NCBI RefSeq assembly: GCF_009914755.1
Contig: NC_060926.1
DNA: 64,000 nt
Direction: 5' to 3' (one strand)
Source of the DNA: the human T2T-CHM13v2.0 reference genome, Homo sapiens
Shown here: one piece after another, positions 32,361-46,100 of the stretch
Position numbering within the stretch: position 1 is the first letter of the stretch
Layout of the letters: each line of letters begins with the position of its first letter
The notes under the pieces: generated by a model
What the model was told of the DNA's origin: nothing
The model's input: the letters and a program-made list of their open reading frames with translations, nothing else
Databases searched by the model: none
Translations under genes and position numbers: made by a program

Positions 32361-33908
32361 AGCCCAGGGACGGCTGGTGGCTTGCAGCAGGTCACACGGC
32401 TACTCAGGCGTAGAGCCTGGCCTGTCTGAAGCTCAAGGCCCAGCACCCGTTCCTTTCCTTACACATAGAGTTTCACTAGGCACGCACACGCTGACTCTGG
32501 ATTGATGAAGAAACAGTTTGGGAATTTTTAACAGCATCGTTCACATTTTTAATGCCTGCCTCCTGCCTGGCACTGTGCTCAGCACTTTCATGTATCTTCT
32601 TTAATTGTCACATCTGTGAGGTGGGACAGATGACCTCAGCTCTGTAAACTCAGCCATTGCTGAGCCTGCAGTGTGAGTGTGAGGCCACATGTCAGAACCC
32701 CGGAAGACACAAGCCCCACTCTCCTGCCTTCAACACAGCCCCCCACACCGCCGCTGTGGCTGGAATTGGAGCAGGTCGTTAGCTCCTGCCTGAGGAAGCC
32801 CAAATAAAGGACTGCAGAACAACTGTAGTGCAAAGCTGAGACTCATTGCCCTCCTAGGCGTTTCATGAGCAGGTCCTGAGTTCTCTGTGTCCCGGCGTGG
32901 AGTGCAGGAGGCGTGGAAAGGGAGTAGTGCGTGTGTGAGTTAGTATACAGAAGAAGTGTGTGGCAGGCTCTACCACACGTTTTTAAAATATGTAAACTCC
33001 TAAACTTCTTGTCAGAGAAGCGCTTGGCATGCACACAAAATCATTTAGCTAATTCTTGAGAAACATATTGTTTAATTGTCTGTCTCCCTTGCTAGATCAT
33101 ACCACTAATGAGTGCTCGTTCACTAACCTCCCCGCCAGCCTTGCAGTCTCTGTCAGGCAGGAGGTACTTAAAGCATGTTTATTGACTGGCTGCAGAAATG
33201 AGGACATCTACCGTATTCAAAGATAGTGCCCGTTACATTGAGAAAAGACAGAGTGAGCATCCACTTTTAGCTTCTTAAAAGGTTTAAACATTCTGATCTT
33301 ATTTTCCCATTCATTTGCCTAATGGCTGTCCTTTCTGTATTGCACAAGGGCAAAGATAAACACAAGAGTCTGTACGAATCAGCCAGTGTGTCAGTACCAG
33401 CCAGCCTTTCCATGTTGAAGCCGTAACGTTAAGTGATGTGAAAGTATACTGTGCATTGCCACACGGGCCTGGAACATGTTGTGTTCACCCAGTTCATTGA
33501 TTTTTTCATATTGATAAATTAAAATTATGAACATATAAAGCCAGTTATTTTAGAGTCATATGCAAATCTTACAGATACAAATAAATATGTCCAACACATA
33601 GCATAAAATTTCCTTATTGATTTTAAATTGACAGAAATCTTAAGATAATCTTGCTAAAAAGGAAACCAGTCATATAGATTGAGAGATGTGCGGAGCTTTC
33701 CAATAAAAAGCCTCTTCCCGATGTTCTATCGGTTGTTGAATTGTAATGTTTTTATGATTTGATCGGCTTGAACTGTACCTCACGCTTGGCTCTCTTATTG
33801 CCTAATTACACGTGCAGCGTTGACAAATGGCATGCCCCTCCGTGCCGTCAGCACACTGACGTTGTCACCATTACTAACGGCTGGCTGGCGCTGCTTCCAG
33901 CAAGGTGA

Positions 33909-34196
<288 letters not shown>

Positions 34197-35075
34197 TAAC
34201 AAAAAGTATGTTTTCATATCCTGCTTCTTTCTCTCCTAATTATATTGTATATACTATACTGGGGCACTGGAATTCTCACTTCGGCCCGTCAGGATGCCTG
34301 TGCGCCCCAGAAGCACGCTCACAAGTGCCCACACTCAGTCTCATGGTGGAACCGGCATGGCTTTGGGTCAGCAGGTGGGTTCGCCTCACGACTGGCAGTA
34401 GCAACTGGCCTGTGCGGGGCTCTGGGGCGTGTCTGGGCCCGGTAGGAAACAGTGACAGGAGCAGTTGGTTCTGTCCACCCCAAGGACGGAGGGTCCATGT
34501 GCCATTTGCTCCTCGTGGTATATCACTTGCTCTGAAATTTAAAAAAAAAGAAAAAAGAAAAGGGAATGCACAAAATAGACTTGTGAACAAAAGGAAACTC
34601 ATCTGAGAAGAAGGAACAGCTGCAAACGTTGATACATTCTTACCTTTCCCTGGGGAGTTTTTTAACTGTTCTTCTAGCTTACATGGGAATCCCCCGGGAC
34701 TAAACAGATCACCAGATCCTTCAGAACTGTGATGAGCTTTTGAAAGGAGCAGCTCTGGGGAGCCCTGACAGCTTAGCTATTTCCAGCAGGCTCCTTCTCC
34801 TTCTTTCTCTTCCCCCAAGAGCCGACAAGAAGAGCCGCTCTAGCTTTAAATGTACTTTCCCCCATCACCTCTCCATCCATTGGTTTGCCAAATCTTAGGC
34901 TGTTTTCCTATCATTTCTCTCCAACCCACCACCACCCACAGTTCGAGCTCTCATTGCAGTGTTGCTTTGGCCTCTTTTATGAACTTAGTTCAAGTTTCTT
35001 TATTCACATTCATTCCATAAACTACCTCCAAAAAAGCACACTTTTGATCATCTCACTTTCCTGCTGGAAAACTGT

Positions 35076-35300
35076 GCCCGGCGCAGTGGCGCATTGACTG
35101 TAGTCCCAGCTACTGGGGAGACTGAGGCAGGAAGATCACTTGGGCCTGGGGCTTCTGGGCCGTAGTGCACTTTGTTGATCAGGTGTTGGCACTAGCTCAA
35201 CACCAATATGGTGACCTCCCTAGAGCCAGGAACCACCAGGCTGCCTAAAGAGGGTGAACCACCCTCCTTTCCAACTAGGTCTGAAACGGAGCTAGTCAAG
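35076..35300 (+). pseudogene. 7SL RNA (SRP RNA) pseudogene, 3'-truncated
   Basis: Alu-domain 5' end followed by S-domain sequence absent from Alus: ttctgggccgtagtgcact...caatatggtgacctccc...accaccaggctgcctaaagagggtgaacc...gaaacggagctagtcaa. Confidence 0.85.
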
Positions 35301-35384
35301 AGCTGGATAGTTTCCCATTGGCTACCATGTGAAATTTCATCTTCTCGTGTTGTATGCAAACCCTCAGACCATGACAGGCTATGT

Positions 35385-35438
35385 GTACACTATGGAATGG
35401 TTAAATCAAGCTAAATCGCATGCATTGCCTCGCATGCC

Positions 35439-35474
<36 letters not shown>

Positions 35475-35870
35475 GAGAACACTGAAAATCTGTCTTAGCA
35501 ATTTTTAGTATACATTGTAACTGTGTCACCACGTCTACAATAGATCTCTTGAGCTTATTCCTTGCGTCACTGGATTTTGTTTCCTTTGACTAACATCTCT
35601 CAAACCTCCCCTGCCCGGCCCTCCTCCCCACCCCCAGCCCCGGCACCCGCCATCTACTCTGCTTCTGTGAGTTCAGTGTTTTCAGATTCCATGTGTAAGT
35701 GAGGTCACACGGTGTTTGTCTTTCTGTGCCTGGCTTGTTTGTCTAACGTCATGTCCCCTAGGCTCATCCACAGCACAAACGACGGGATTTCCTCCATGAA
35801 AGCTGAGTGGTATTCCACTGTGCGTCATGCCACGTTCCTTTATCCGTTCATCCTTCAGCGGACACTTAGT
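35385..35870 (-). mobile_element. L1MA-type 3' fragment (antisense)
   Basis: tacaatagatctcttgagcttattcc...tttcagattccatgtgtaagtgaggtcacacggtgtttgtctttctgtgcctggctt. Confidence 0.7.
35441..35470 (+). repeat. (TG)15 microsatellite
   Basis: Directly visible. Confidence 0.97.
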
Positions 35871-36195
35871 GAAATTCATTCTTCTCATCAGTAAAGTCAG
35901 ATCCAATTAGGTCATTTCTAAGGTACCCTTTTAATCCTAAGTCTCTGGCTCTGCAGCTGTCTAATGCAAATTCCCACCATTTTCCTGAATGTACCCCTGA
36001 GAGCACACTGTGCTCTCTCGTATGTTGTGTTTTGTCCACTCTGTACCTTTGTCCTTACGTTCCCTGAACCAGCAGACCCTTCCTTAGCCTGTGGCCCCTT
36101 GAAATTCTGCAGCCCTGAGAGCTGCCCTCAAACACAACCCATCCCTGCGCTTCCTCTCCTTCCTGCTCCCGTTCCCGCCGTCATTCCCCCGCCCT

Positions 36196-36209
36196 CCACT
36201 AGGTGGCGC
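36196..36209 (+). promoter_or_regulatory. CTCF core motif CCACTAGGTGGCGC
   Basis: Matches CCASYAGRKGGCRS at every position; occupancy unknown. Confidence 0.5.
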
Positions 36210-36347
36210 ATTCCTTTGGTGCCTTTTCATTTTCATGACACCTAGCACAGTGCTTTGCACACAGACCTGCTCAGTAAGCACTGTTTACTTATTGAGTAAA
36301 CAATTATGTAAAATCATTCACATTGTTATTAAGCTCAATAGTAATTT

Positions 36348-36470
36348 CTTCTTAGAGACAGGGTCTCGCTATGTTGCCCAGGCTGGACTCAGACTCCTGG
36401 GCTCAAGCAATCTTCCCACCTCAGCCTCCTGAGTAGCTGGAACTGCAGGCATGAGGCATCATGCCCAGCT
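36348..36470 (-). mobile_element. Alu monomer (FLAM-like), antisense
   Basis: agagacagggtctcgctatgttgcccaggctgg...catcatgcccagc. Confidence 0.8.
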
Positions 36471-36642
36471 TCAAGAGTAATTTTTTAAATACGATTGTGT
36501 AAATATGCAAAGATAGAAAGTTAGGTTAGCCCTTATTTTAATATATGAGAAATTAACCTCTAACACCAACTCATAAGGAATAGCAAATTCTGAACTGGAT
36601 ATATGTAGATAACCTATTGTTTCCATTGTATTTTGTTTTTAG

Positions 36643-36781
36643 CTCTGGTTTGTCAGGCTGGCACTACTAGTGAAGTTGGGCCTTTTCCAGAATGCTGAGA
36701 TGGAATTTGAACCCTTCGGAAATCTTGATCAGCCAGATCTTTATTACGAGTACTACCCGCACGTGTACCCTGGGCGCAGGG
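36643..36781 (+). CDS. TRAPPC12: TRAPPC12 exon 5 (139 nt, phase 0-1): [46 protein letters not shown](G)
   Basis: Acceptor tattttgtttttag| and donor GGG|GTAAGG. Confidence 0.96.
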
Positions 36782-39723
36782 GTAAGGCCATGGTATTTAA
36801 TATTTGTACATTTGTCTGTGTGTCGCTCTGGTTTGCTTTGATTTATACATAATTTCGTAGCCTCAGTTTTCCTTATTTATCCAGTCTTGAAAAATCAGAT
36901 AAGTACCCAGCAACAAGCCTTGACTTACAGAATGCTCCCACTCCGATTTACCGAAACACTGACCTGGAGGTGCTCCCTGGTGCATCTGTTTGTACATTTA
37001 GCAGCTACGTGTCAAGCACCTGCTCTGTCAGGGCAGCATGATTTGGTGCAGGGGCCGGGTAGTAGACGTCTGAGCTGCGCTCCACAGGGAAGAGCCGTCC
37101 CATATCGGGACCTGGCGCACAGAGATGCAGAGCGGTGGAACCAAACGTGTCCGTGCATATGGCACACGCCGTGACATTTTCCGTTTGTCTCTATTCTGAT
37201 TTAATTTATTTTAAAAATCTGGTTGTGGTTCACCCTTTGGGTCACGGTCACGACCATTGTTTGGAAAACACTAGGCTACAGCATAGGGTAGTTCTAGGAG
37301 AGTGACAAGAAACCACCAGTTGGGAAGGGAGAAGGGCGGGTTACGGAGAGCCTTCTGCAGCACTGGGAGCCTTGTGCAGTGTGCGTCTCTTGGTGGAGAA
37401 CCTCATAAATATGTTTGAAGCCTCTCATGTGTTCTTAAATAGAAAACAGTCCTGGCAGGATGTCTTGTGAGGGCAGTGTAAGCAGCTATTGAAAGCCCAC
37501 GCCCTGTTGTCAGGCATCCCCAGTTACATCCTGCTTCCCCCATTGAATCGCGTAGCCTTGGAGGAGTTATCTGACATCTCTGTGCCCCAGTGTCCTTATT
37601 GGTAAAACAGAGATGCCAATCCTCCTTGCTGCCTGGGTTGTCCTAAAGATCAAATGATGTCACGTGTAAGTTGCTTGGAATAATGGCTGCTATCTAGTAC
37701 CAACTGTATTTGCTGGTTTTCTTACTCTCTTCCGAATGTATCAGTAACATGGGAAAGTCTCGCACTGCCGCATTTTGCAGGCTCGATTGTCAGCATTTGT
37801 TGGCTGCAGCAGTGGAGCTACAGAGAATGGTCCTAGTTGTCAGGAAATGCAGAGCCTGATTGGAGGTAGAAAATATTTAAAACCAGTGGTACAAGAGATG
37901 CAAAGGCCTGATTAATAATAAAATAATAATTCCTATAGAAGTCTCAGAAAATTTAAATAAACATTCTGTTGAACTTGGTTGATACTAGTAGGTAAATAGA
38001 TGAACTAAAAAGGCTAGAAGTAAAAACAAATCTTTGAACTTCTTTGTGTGTTGTTTTTTTGGTTAAAACTCAGCTCTGTTTCTTTGGAGGGGCATAGGAA
38101 CGAATGTAGACGCCGGCTTTCTTTATTCCCCATGCTCTCTCCTTTATCATCTTTACCTTCCTCCAAGTAGGACGGGTGGGAATTGGTCCATATTACTCTG
38201 AGTTATCCCAGAATTGATGGAGATTTTTATCATTTTTAGTATAAAGTGTTTTTTGACCTTTAGTCTCACTGGTATTAAAATTGTTTCTTCCTTCTGACTA
38301 AGGGAATTTGCCCCTTGTGGAAAAGAAAAAATGGGAAGGGTAACTTTTAATAACTAAAATAGGGCATAAATCAAAGAGATTGTCTTGATGGAGCTGGCTT
38401 GATTTCATGGAAGTGAACCAACCAAGCTAGGTAGCCACAGAGTCAAGAAGGACCAGCAACACCACTATCACTCTCGGACGTAGGACTCTGTGTCATCCAG
38501 GGACGTAGACGCCAGTCCTTAATGTGTGACACTTCCTGCCCACCCACTGGCCTGTCCAGTCCTGCTGGCCTTCCACATGACCAGGAGGAACAGACCAAAG
38601 CCAGGACCGCTTGAGGGTGCGTGTTCAGGAGCTCTGTCTGCCGTGGCCTGGCCAACAGGTGGAGGAAGTGGGGCCAGAGGAGTCTCGGGAACTTGCTGAA
38701 GGGCCCTCACTGGTGTTGCTGGCCAAGCAGGCCTTCTGTCCCCAGGAGTCTGGCTTTTGCAGCCATGGGTTGGATAAAGATGTCTTTACCTCTTCCCTGG
38801 GGTATTTCTTCTCCTGCACTCCAGCCTGGAAGCTGCTCGGTGGTCGTGAGCACTGTCCTCGAGGAGCAGGGCTTTATCCATCCTCTCTCCCCCGGAGCAA
38901 GTCTCGTCTACGTCCCTCCCAAAGTTCCGTCCAGTCCGCACGTAGGTGGTTCCCACATCCGCTCATGAGTTGGAGAGATACAGCCATGGCTGGTTGTTCA
39001 AGGGCTACTGTTCTACCTTGTAAATTAACTGGGCTCCCTGATTCTGTCGTGTCCCTTTCTTGTCTCCACTTCATCGCCAATTTGAGGGTCATCCTTTCCG
39101 TGTAAGACCGAATTTCCAGCCCAAAAAGAATGGGGAGCCTGTCACTTGGTAGGTTGTGAAGAAAAGATGGAAAGGTTAAAGGCATTGTTAATTGGGGAAG
39201 TTTGAGGGTGTTTCTGTTTAATCAGTTATGCCTGGTAGCTATCATAGTCAAGAAACAGCTGTTTTCCTATTTCTTACACGGATCAGCCTTGTTTTCCCCC
39301 ATCCCAGCATAAATAAAACCATCTCTTCCCTCTGCCTGACTGCAGCCTGAGCATCGCCTCCAACCCCGCCCTCCCACGTGGTTCATAGTCCCGGGAGGGG
39401 GCTGGACCCAGGTCTGTGGGACTCTGCCTGGGCCGGGGACTGGAACTGGGACTGAACAGCTGGTTTTTTAGGCATTTTGTCTGCTGCTAACAGAAAACTC
39501 AGGTCATTGAGCACCCAGGCCTTAATCGAAACCACCAGATACCCTGAAGCGCAGAGCTGCACCAAGTGCTCTGGTTTCTTTTCCTACTGAGGTCCGTGTG
39601 AATTATAGATTCAAAATGACTCCTCTTACAACACCTGCTTCTGAATTTATGACAGGTGTTTAAGAATGAGTGTGACTGAAAGGCAGATGTTTCCTATCAT
39701 GACCAGGTAAAAATATCCAGCTT

Positions 39724-40100
<377 letters not shown>

Positions 40101-42958
40101 TTACAGTGTGCTGAAGACTCCGTGGCACTGTTTACCCATCTCTAAGGAGAGGATTTTGATGGAAATGACACTGAGTGCCCTTTAAGATAGCGAATGAAAA
40201 TCTGTGGGTTTAGGTGGAAACTGCCTGTCATCTTTCCTCACTTTGAGGACATTTTTTCCTAAGGACGTTCAGTCAAGCCTAGAAAACATGCTTTGATTCT
40301 TCCTGAAATTAAATTGCATTGGTAAATGGATAAAGAGAAGACAGCAGCTACGCATCATTGAGAAGCTAATTTAAATTATGAAATAGACATAAATCATACA
40401 TACATTTTAGCAAAAGCGTATTAACATTCATCCTCAATAATATGCTGGATGTTTACTAATTTTTCTTCCCATTTTGTGGTGTAACAAAGCATAAATGTAA
40501 GATTTTGATTCATTCACTTCATTTTCGCTTGCAATATATAAGCAGAGCAAGTTGTTAAAATGTGCTTTAAAAGGAGGCTATAATTATAAAAACTTTTATG
40601 AATGAGCTTTAATATATTTCATGTAAATATTGGGCGTAATTTTTGCCCATTCAGAATATTCATAACAAGACATGTAATGAATCATGTGTAAAAATCATGA
40701 AGGTTTTTTAAAAAAAATTCATCCAAGAAAGGAACAGTATTATGGTTGATGTATTTACATGTCAAATCTAGCAATTTCAGTCAGTTCCTTTCAGCCACCC
40801 CCAAAGCCCAGCCCCGTTTCTGACCCTGGCGCTGTGTCTTTCACTTGGTTGTTTGGAGACTCCCTCCTGCACACAGGAAGAATCCCGAGGACTACGTGCC
40901 TGGGGCCGACCCAGCCCCGCGCCCCCGGAGCTGAGGTCTGTGCGGTTCTGGGTGGGGCCCCCAAAGCCACAAGAAGCCCAGGTAGCACTGACTCTGACCT
41001 GGGTGTCCTCTCTTGATTTTCCTTTCTTGCTCCTCAATCTCCACCCCCTTTTCCTCTGTTCCTCTTCTACTGCATTCGTTGCTTCTTCCCCTCTCAGACC
41101 CTACATCCATCCCTAGAACCCAGGGCCCAGCTTCATCCATCCCCAGCACCCAGGCTGCAAGCGGGAGAGGTGGAAGCTGCTTGCATCAAGCCTTTTATCA
41201 GAGTTCCTTTCGTGGGTTGTGGGGTAGTCATTGAAAGCTCACATTTGTGTTTAGAAGCCAACTGGCTGGGGGTTGTGAGCAGATTGTCCACATCTTTTCA
41301 TTCACTGGAAGTCCTCTGTGTCCCTGCAGGACACACTTAAAGACTGTGTGGCTTTAGCTCCCTCAGACTTCACACATAACTTGGCAACTGAGCTGTTCTG
41401 TCTAGAATTGTCATGCAGCTTCAGGAATTCAGAGGATCGGCGTTGGTCATACTGGTGGAAGATGTCAAAACAAGAAGAATAAAAATAGTGTGCAGAAAAC
41501 TTGCTCTTAGCCACTGTCTTATCTCTGAAAATTGAACTTCACTTGCATAGTGATACCCTGTATCATGCATCTCCAGGGACAGAAAAAAAGATAAGTATAT
41601 CTTAAATTTGCCTTTCCTATTCGCGTTTCTCTGATTTTGAAACAGAAGTTCCCTATCCGTGAATTCTTCAGATAGTTGAGGTAGAGTACTCTTGCATTGC
41701 ACAGGATGTCACTGTTGTTTCCAGATGGATTTGTGCAAATTCAGATATTTGATTTTTCTATGTTGCCCACGTCTATTTACTGTTTACTTTTACTTTACTT
41801 TTTTTTCTGTTCTAATAGCTTTTTAATAAAAGCTATTTACTTTTGTTCTAACCCACTACTTCCGTACCTTATGAGAAAGTCTGTTTTGGGATCTGGTTGA
41901 ATCTATTCTTTGCTCAACAAAAATTGATGTTTATTTAAATACAAATATTAAATACTCGGACCATTAACAAATATTTTTTCATATTTGCCTTAGACATTTT
42001 TGTAACAAATGAAAGTACCCATTGCTGATACAGCCTGTGAACCTCCTCCCAATTCAGTCCCCTCCCAGAGGCAGTCACAATCATGGTTTGTTGTGTATTC
42101 TTCCAGGTCATGTTTTTACATATTTGCTTCATACACACACATATACATACACACAGAGAAATACATATACAGAGAGAGACTATTGTCTTATAAGCTTTGT
42201 AAATGTACATCATGAGCATATCTGTCTTCATTTGCTTTTTTTTCCCCACTTTCCATTATTCATATCCATCCATATCCGTATCCATAAGGATGAACAATTA
42301 GGATCTTTCCACCTTTCGGCTATTATGAGCAATGGTGTTATGGGCATCCTTGTACATTTCCCTTTGTACATGTTCAGGCGTTTCTCTGAGCTGTAAATTT
42401 AAAGTGGCATATGTGAGAGTGACCATGCTAATTTCCACTCCCAGCCACAGCCTGTCAGTTTGTTTCCCCACTCTTGTGTAACTAAAGATTGTCAGACTTT
42501 CACCAGTGAGTCTAAAATTCTACCTCCTGTCGCAACTGACGTCTTTCTGATTTCTGCCGAATTATGTGTCCTTTGTCTGTCGGAGTCTCCTCTTTGGTGA
42601 CTCACTCTTTCATAATCTTGGCCTGTATTTCTATTGGGTTATCTTTGTTATTAATTGGTTGAGGTTCATTCTATATAGCAGGTATTTAATCCTTCATCTG
42701 TTTTGTATTTGGGAAATATTAATATCTTCTCCCATTCTGGGAAATACTATTTTCAACCCTGAAAAAATAATTCTAGTTTAAAAATACAAACATAACCTTT
42801 TTTGTTCGCAACATGACATGTTTTAGGAGTATCTTCTTTATTCCACATACTGTTATATCAGGAATAATAAATGCAAAGAAATCATGCCTATGTCATTGCC
42901 AAGTAGGCTGAGACAAGTAAAGACATTTACCAGACAGCTTTCCAAAACGTTTCCTAAG

Positions 42959-43141
42959 GGAGCTGCTGCACACTGTTGCTGGGACCTTCCGCTGGGTGTG
43001 GGAGGAGCTCTGCACACTGTTGCTGGGACCGTCCACTGGGTGTGGAGGAGCTCTGCACACTGTTGTTGGGACCATCCACTGGGTGTGAAGGAGCTCTGCA
43101 CGCTGTTGCTGGGACCGTCCGCTGGGTGTGGAGGAGCTCTG
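42959..43141 (+). repeat. 43-bp minisatellite, about 4 copies
   Basis: tgcac(a/g)ctgttg(c/t)tgggaccNtcc(a/g)ctgggtgtggaggagctc at 42967, 43011, 43054 and 43097. Confidence 0.93.
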
Positions 43142-46100
43142 GGAGATGCGGTGTTGGGAAGAGAGTCTACACAGTTGCTGACTTGCAGCTCTTCACCTGG
43201 AGCTTCCAAGAGCTCTGAGGCAGGCCCGCAGAGCCCCTCGTGCACACTTGTCAAAGATGCTCTCTCTCCTGGCATACCCTTGAGGCCCTAGGCCACCTGC
43301 TGCCCTCGCCGTCTTCCATCGAGTACAGTGGGATGCACTTAACGTGAGTGCTCCCGGGATCTCATCCCACAGAGTCTTTGGCCCTGTAGACAGACAGTCT
43401 CTGTAATCTTGTAATCTCCCCACAGCACAGCCGTCTGCCTTCACTGGCACCTCAGCATCTGCAGGGAGCATCCCGGTCCCAGGAAACATCATCCAGCCCA
43501 GAGGGCGGCAGGGTCGCCGTCGCCATGGATGCCAGCCTTTACCCAGCACTAAAAGTATTTTTGTTTTTGTTTGTCTTAAATGTTGATAACTTCATAATAA
43601 CTATTTACGTTAGGGCTTTAAAATACCTTTCCAAAATCCTACAAAGTTTCTCTTTTGAGAGCCATTCTTCAGATCCCTGTACTAGCCTTCTTTCTTTAAT
43701 TTTCTTTTAGATTTTTTTTTTTATTTTTTAAATTGTTACACTAGTGCAGATTGTTTCTCCCATTATAGGGTTTGCAGTCATGAAAAGTGTTGATAGGGAT
43801 TATATCCATGAAAATATTTCTAGAACATTCATTCATTTTATATTAACAGCTTGCATTGGTGTGGTACATTTGTTACAATTGATGAACCAGTATTGGTACA
43901 GCATTATTAACAAATGTTTATAGTTTACACTTGGGTTCACTCTTGTGTTGTACATATTCACTATGTTAAAGAAAATTAAATGTCCATTCCTGACAAGTTT
44001 AATTTCATCCTCTCTCAGGCAGTTAAATTTTTCCAGACCCCCACCACCATCTTTTTAATCTGTTGTTTGGAATTACCCCTCTCGTTCCAAAGAAACATTC
44101 ACAATGGCAGTGAGCATGTAAACTTTCATAGTGCTTTGAATTTTTAAAGTACCACATTCTGCATTAGATTGCTCACTTCAAGTTTCCATGCAACTAGAGG
44201 GAAAATAGGAGCCCAAAAGATCTTCCCGCTGGAAATAAAGCAGCTTGATTATCTTCACTATGCAGTTTAAGAAGTATAGTGCTGCTTCTAATACTAAATT
44301 CAGATCTGCATGTTTAGACTAAGTTACAAGAGCTGTAATGACGTCACAGGAAATGGTACTTCAGAACTTAATCCGTGCGGATTACCATCAGGTCAAATTA
44401 AAGTGGATGGGGCAAACACTTCCATTAATCGGATGCCGAATCTCTCTACTCTTCCATCAGCTGTCTGCTCCTCTATGTGCATAAAGGCACACTGTCACTG
44501 GATCTTTCTTCCTTTTTCATCCTCCCTCCAAAATCATGAAATTCACATTTTGAGTTCTCAAATTAAATTCTGAAACTTTTTTTTATCAACACATAACCAT
44601 ATGTGATATCTCAGAATTAAATATTCAGCATGTTTCCAGTGTCGGATTTTATTTTTCATGACAAAATTACCTCACCTTGCAGAGTGACCACGTTCTGCTT
44701 TAGATTTCCAGGTCACAATGCTTTGCATCAGAACTCCCGAGCGTTGATGGTTGGACATGTGATCGCTGCTTTATTTGTTCGGAGAAGGCTCGTTAGTTCA
44801 TCTTACTGCTTTTCACTTTGCCCACCGTTTTTATGAAATCTGGCATTTTCAGTCTTTTCTTAGAACAAACTACTAAAAATAGGGGAATTTTCAGTTTGGG
44901 GTTCCGTATCTACCATGAGAACACCCAAATGGAGACCTCTCCTTATCCTGTCTGCACAAGATACAGGCCTTGGCCAGTCACTGGGCTGTAGCTGAAGCCA
45001 CACGTGGATTGCACATGACTGTGGCAGACGCGTACAGAGGCAGTGACCCAAGCCTCAGTTTGTCTTCATGCTTCAGGGCTTTAGTTAAGCAAATCATTTA
45101 AATAAGAAATATTTAAGGTATTTTTTTCTCTTAGGACTTTCTCACTGTTTTTGTGTTTGGTTTGTTTTGTTTTGTTTTTAATTTACAATGCCACATTAAA
45201 GTCAAAAATGACTTGTTGAGAGCTGTAAGTGTGACACTGTGTGCTTGGCCGGGCACAGACACCAAGCAGTATCCCCAGCGTTGAGCACAGGCAAACCAAA
45301 GGCATGGCTTATCCTGCCTGCTGAGGTCAGGATAGGGAAGGACACACCCAGACAGGCAGAGACAGTGGGAAATAAATACAAAGCAGTCTTCCCAGCAAAG
45401 CACTCGCGTAACTTGAAAATGAGACGGAAATGCCAGGGCAAACTTGTAAGTTTGTGCCTTACTGAAGAAAGCTGTTAAAATTGGGCAAAGGGTCTGGAAG
45501 GCTCCCGCAGACCCTTCTGTGAGGCAGGTGGCACAGGCGTCCAGGCATCATGTCACACCTGCTGCGGCCTCACGGCAACCTAGCTGCCTCTGGGCCCTCC
45601 CGCCCTAGTTTGCAGTGACACAGAAGGCTGCAGAGAGGATGTGAGCCACCCAGCACAAACAGCTAGTGAGTGGCGGAAGGTAGCATACCCCACTGAAGGG
45701 AAGCTGAAATGTCATCTTTGTTCCCTTTCATTTTTCACTGCCCAGCACCAAGGCCCGGGCAATTCCTGGCACATTTCTCTTTTCTATAGTGGCAGCACGG
45801 ATTTTCAGCACAACAAGGGACGGTCTGAAATAAATTTTGTAGGAGTATTTTCATTTAATGTTTTCTAAATGATGAATGAGAACACTTCTACAGTATTTAT
45901 ACCAACCTAGATTTTGGCAGGTCACAACTATACATGGGAATCTTCCGGAAAAATAGATCCACTAGGAATTGTTTTTCCTTACAGATTTTGACTAGCTTCT
46001 CCTTTTTTTTTCCTTTCCAATGCTCTTTCTCCCTGCAGGAGAGAGACGGGCCTCAGGGCTGGTGTGGAAGCCTTGCATATTTTATCTCGCTTGACAACCA

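Noticed and set aside
44300-44960. Possible processed-pseudogene remnant in unique-looking sequence
   Set aside because: Manual translation of part of the minus strand showed stops in all frames and no recognisable protein; no poly-A tail or TSD.
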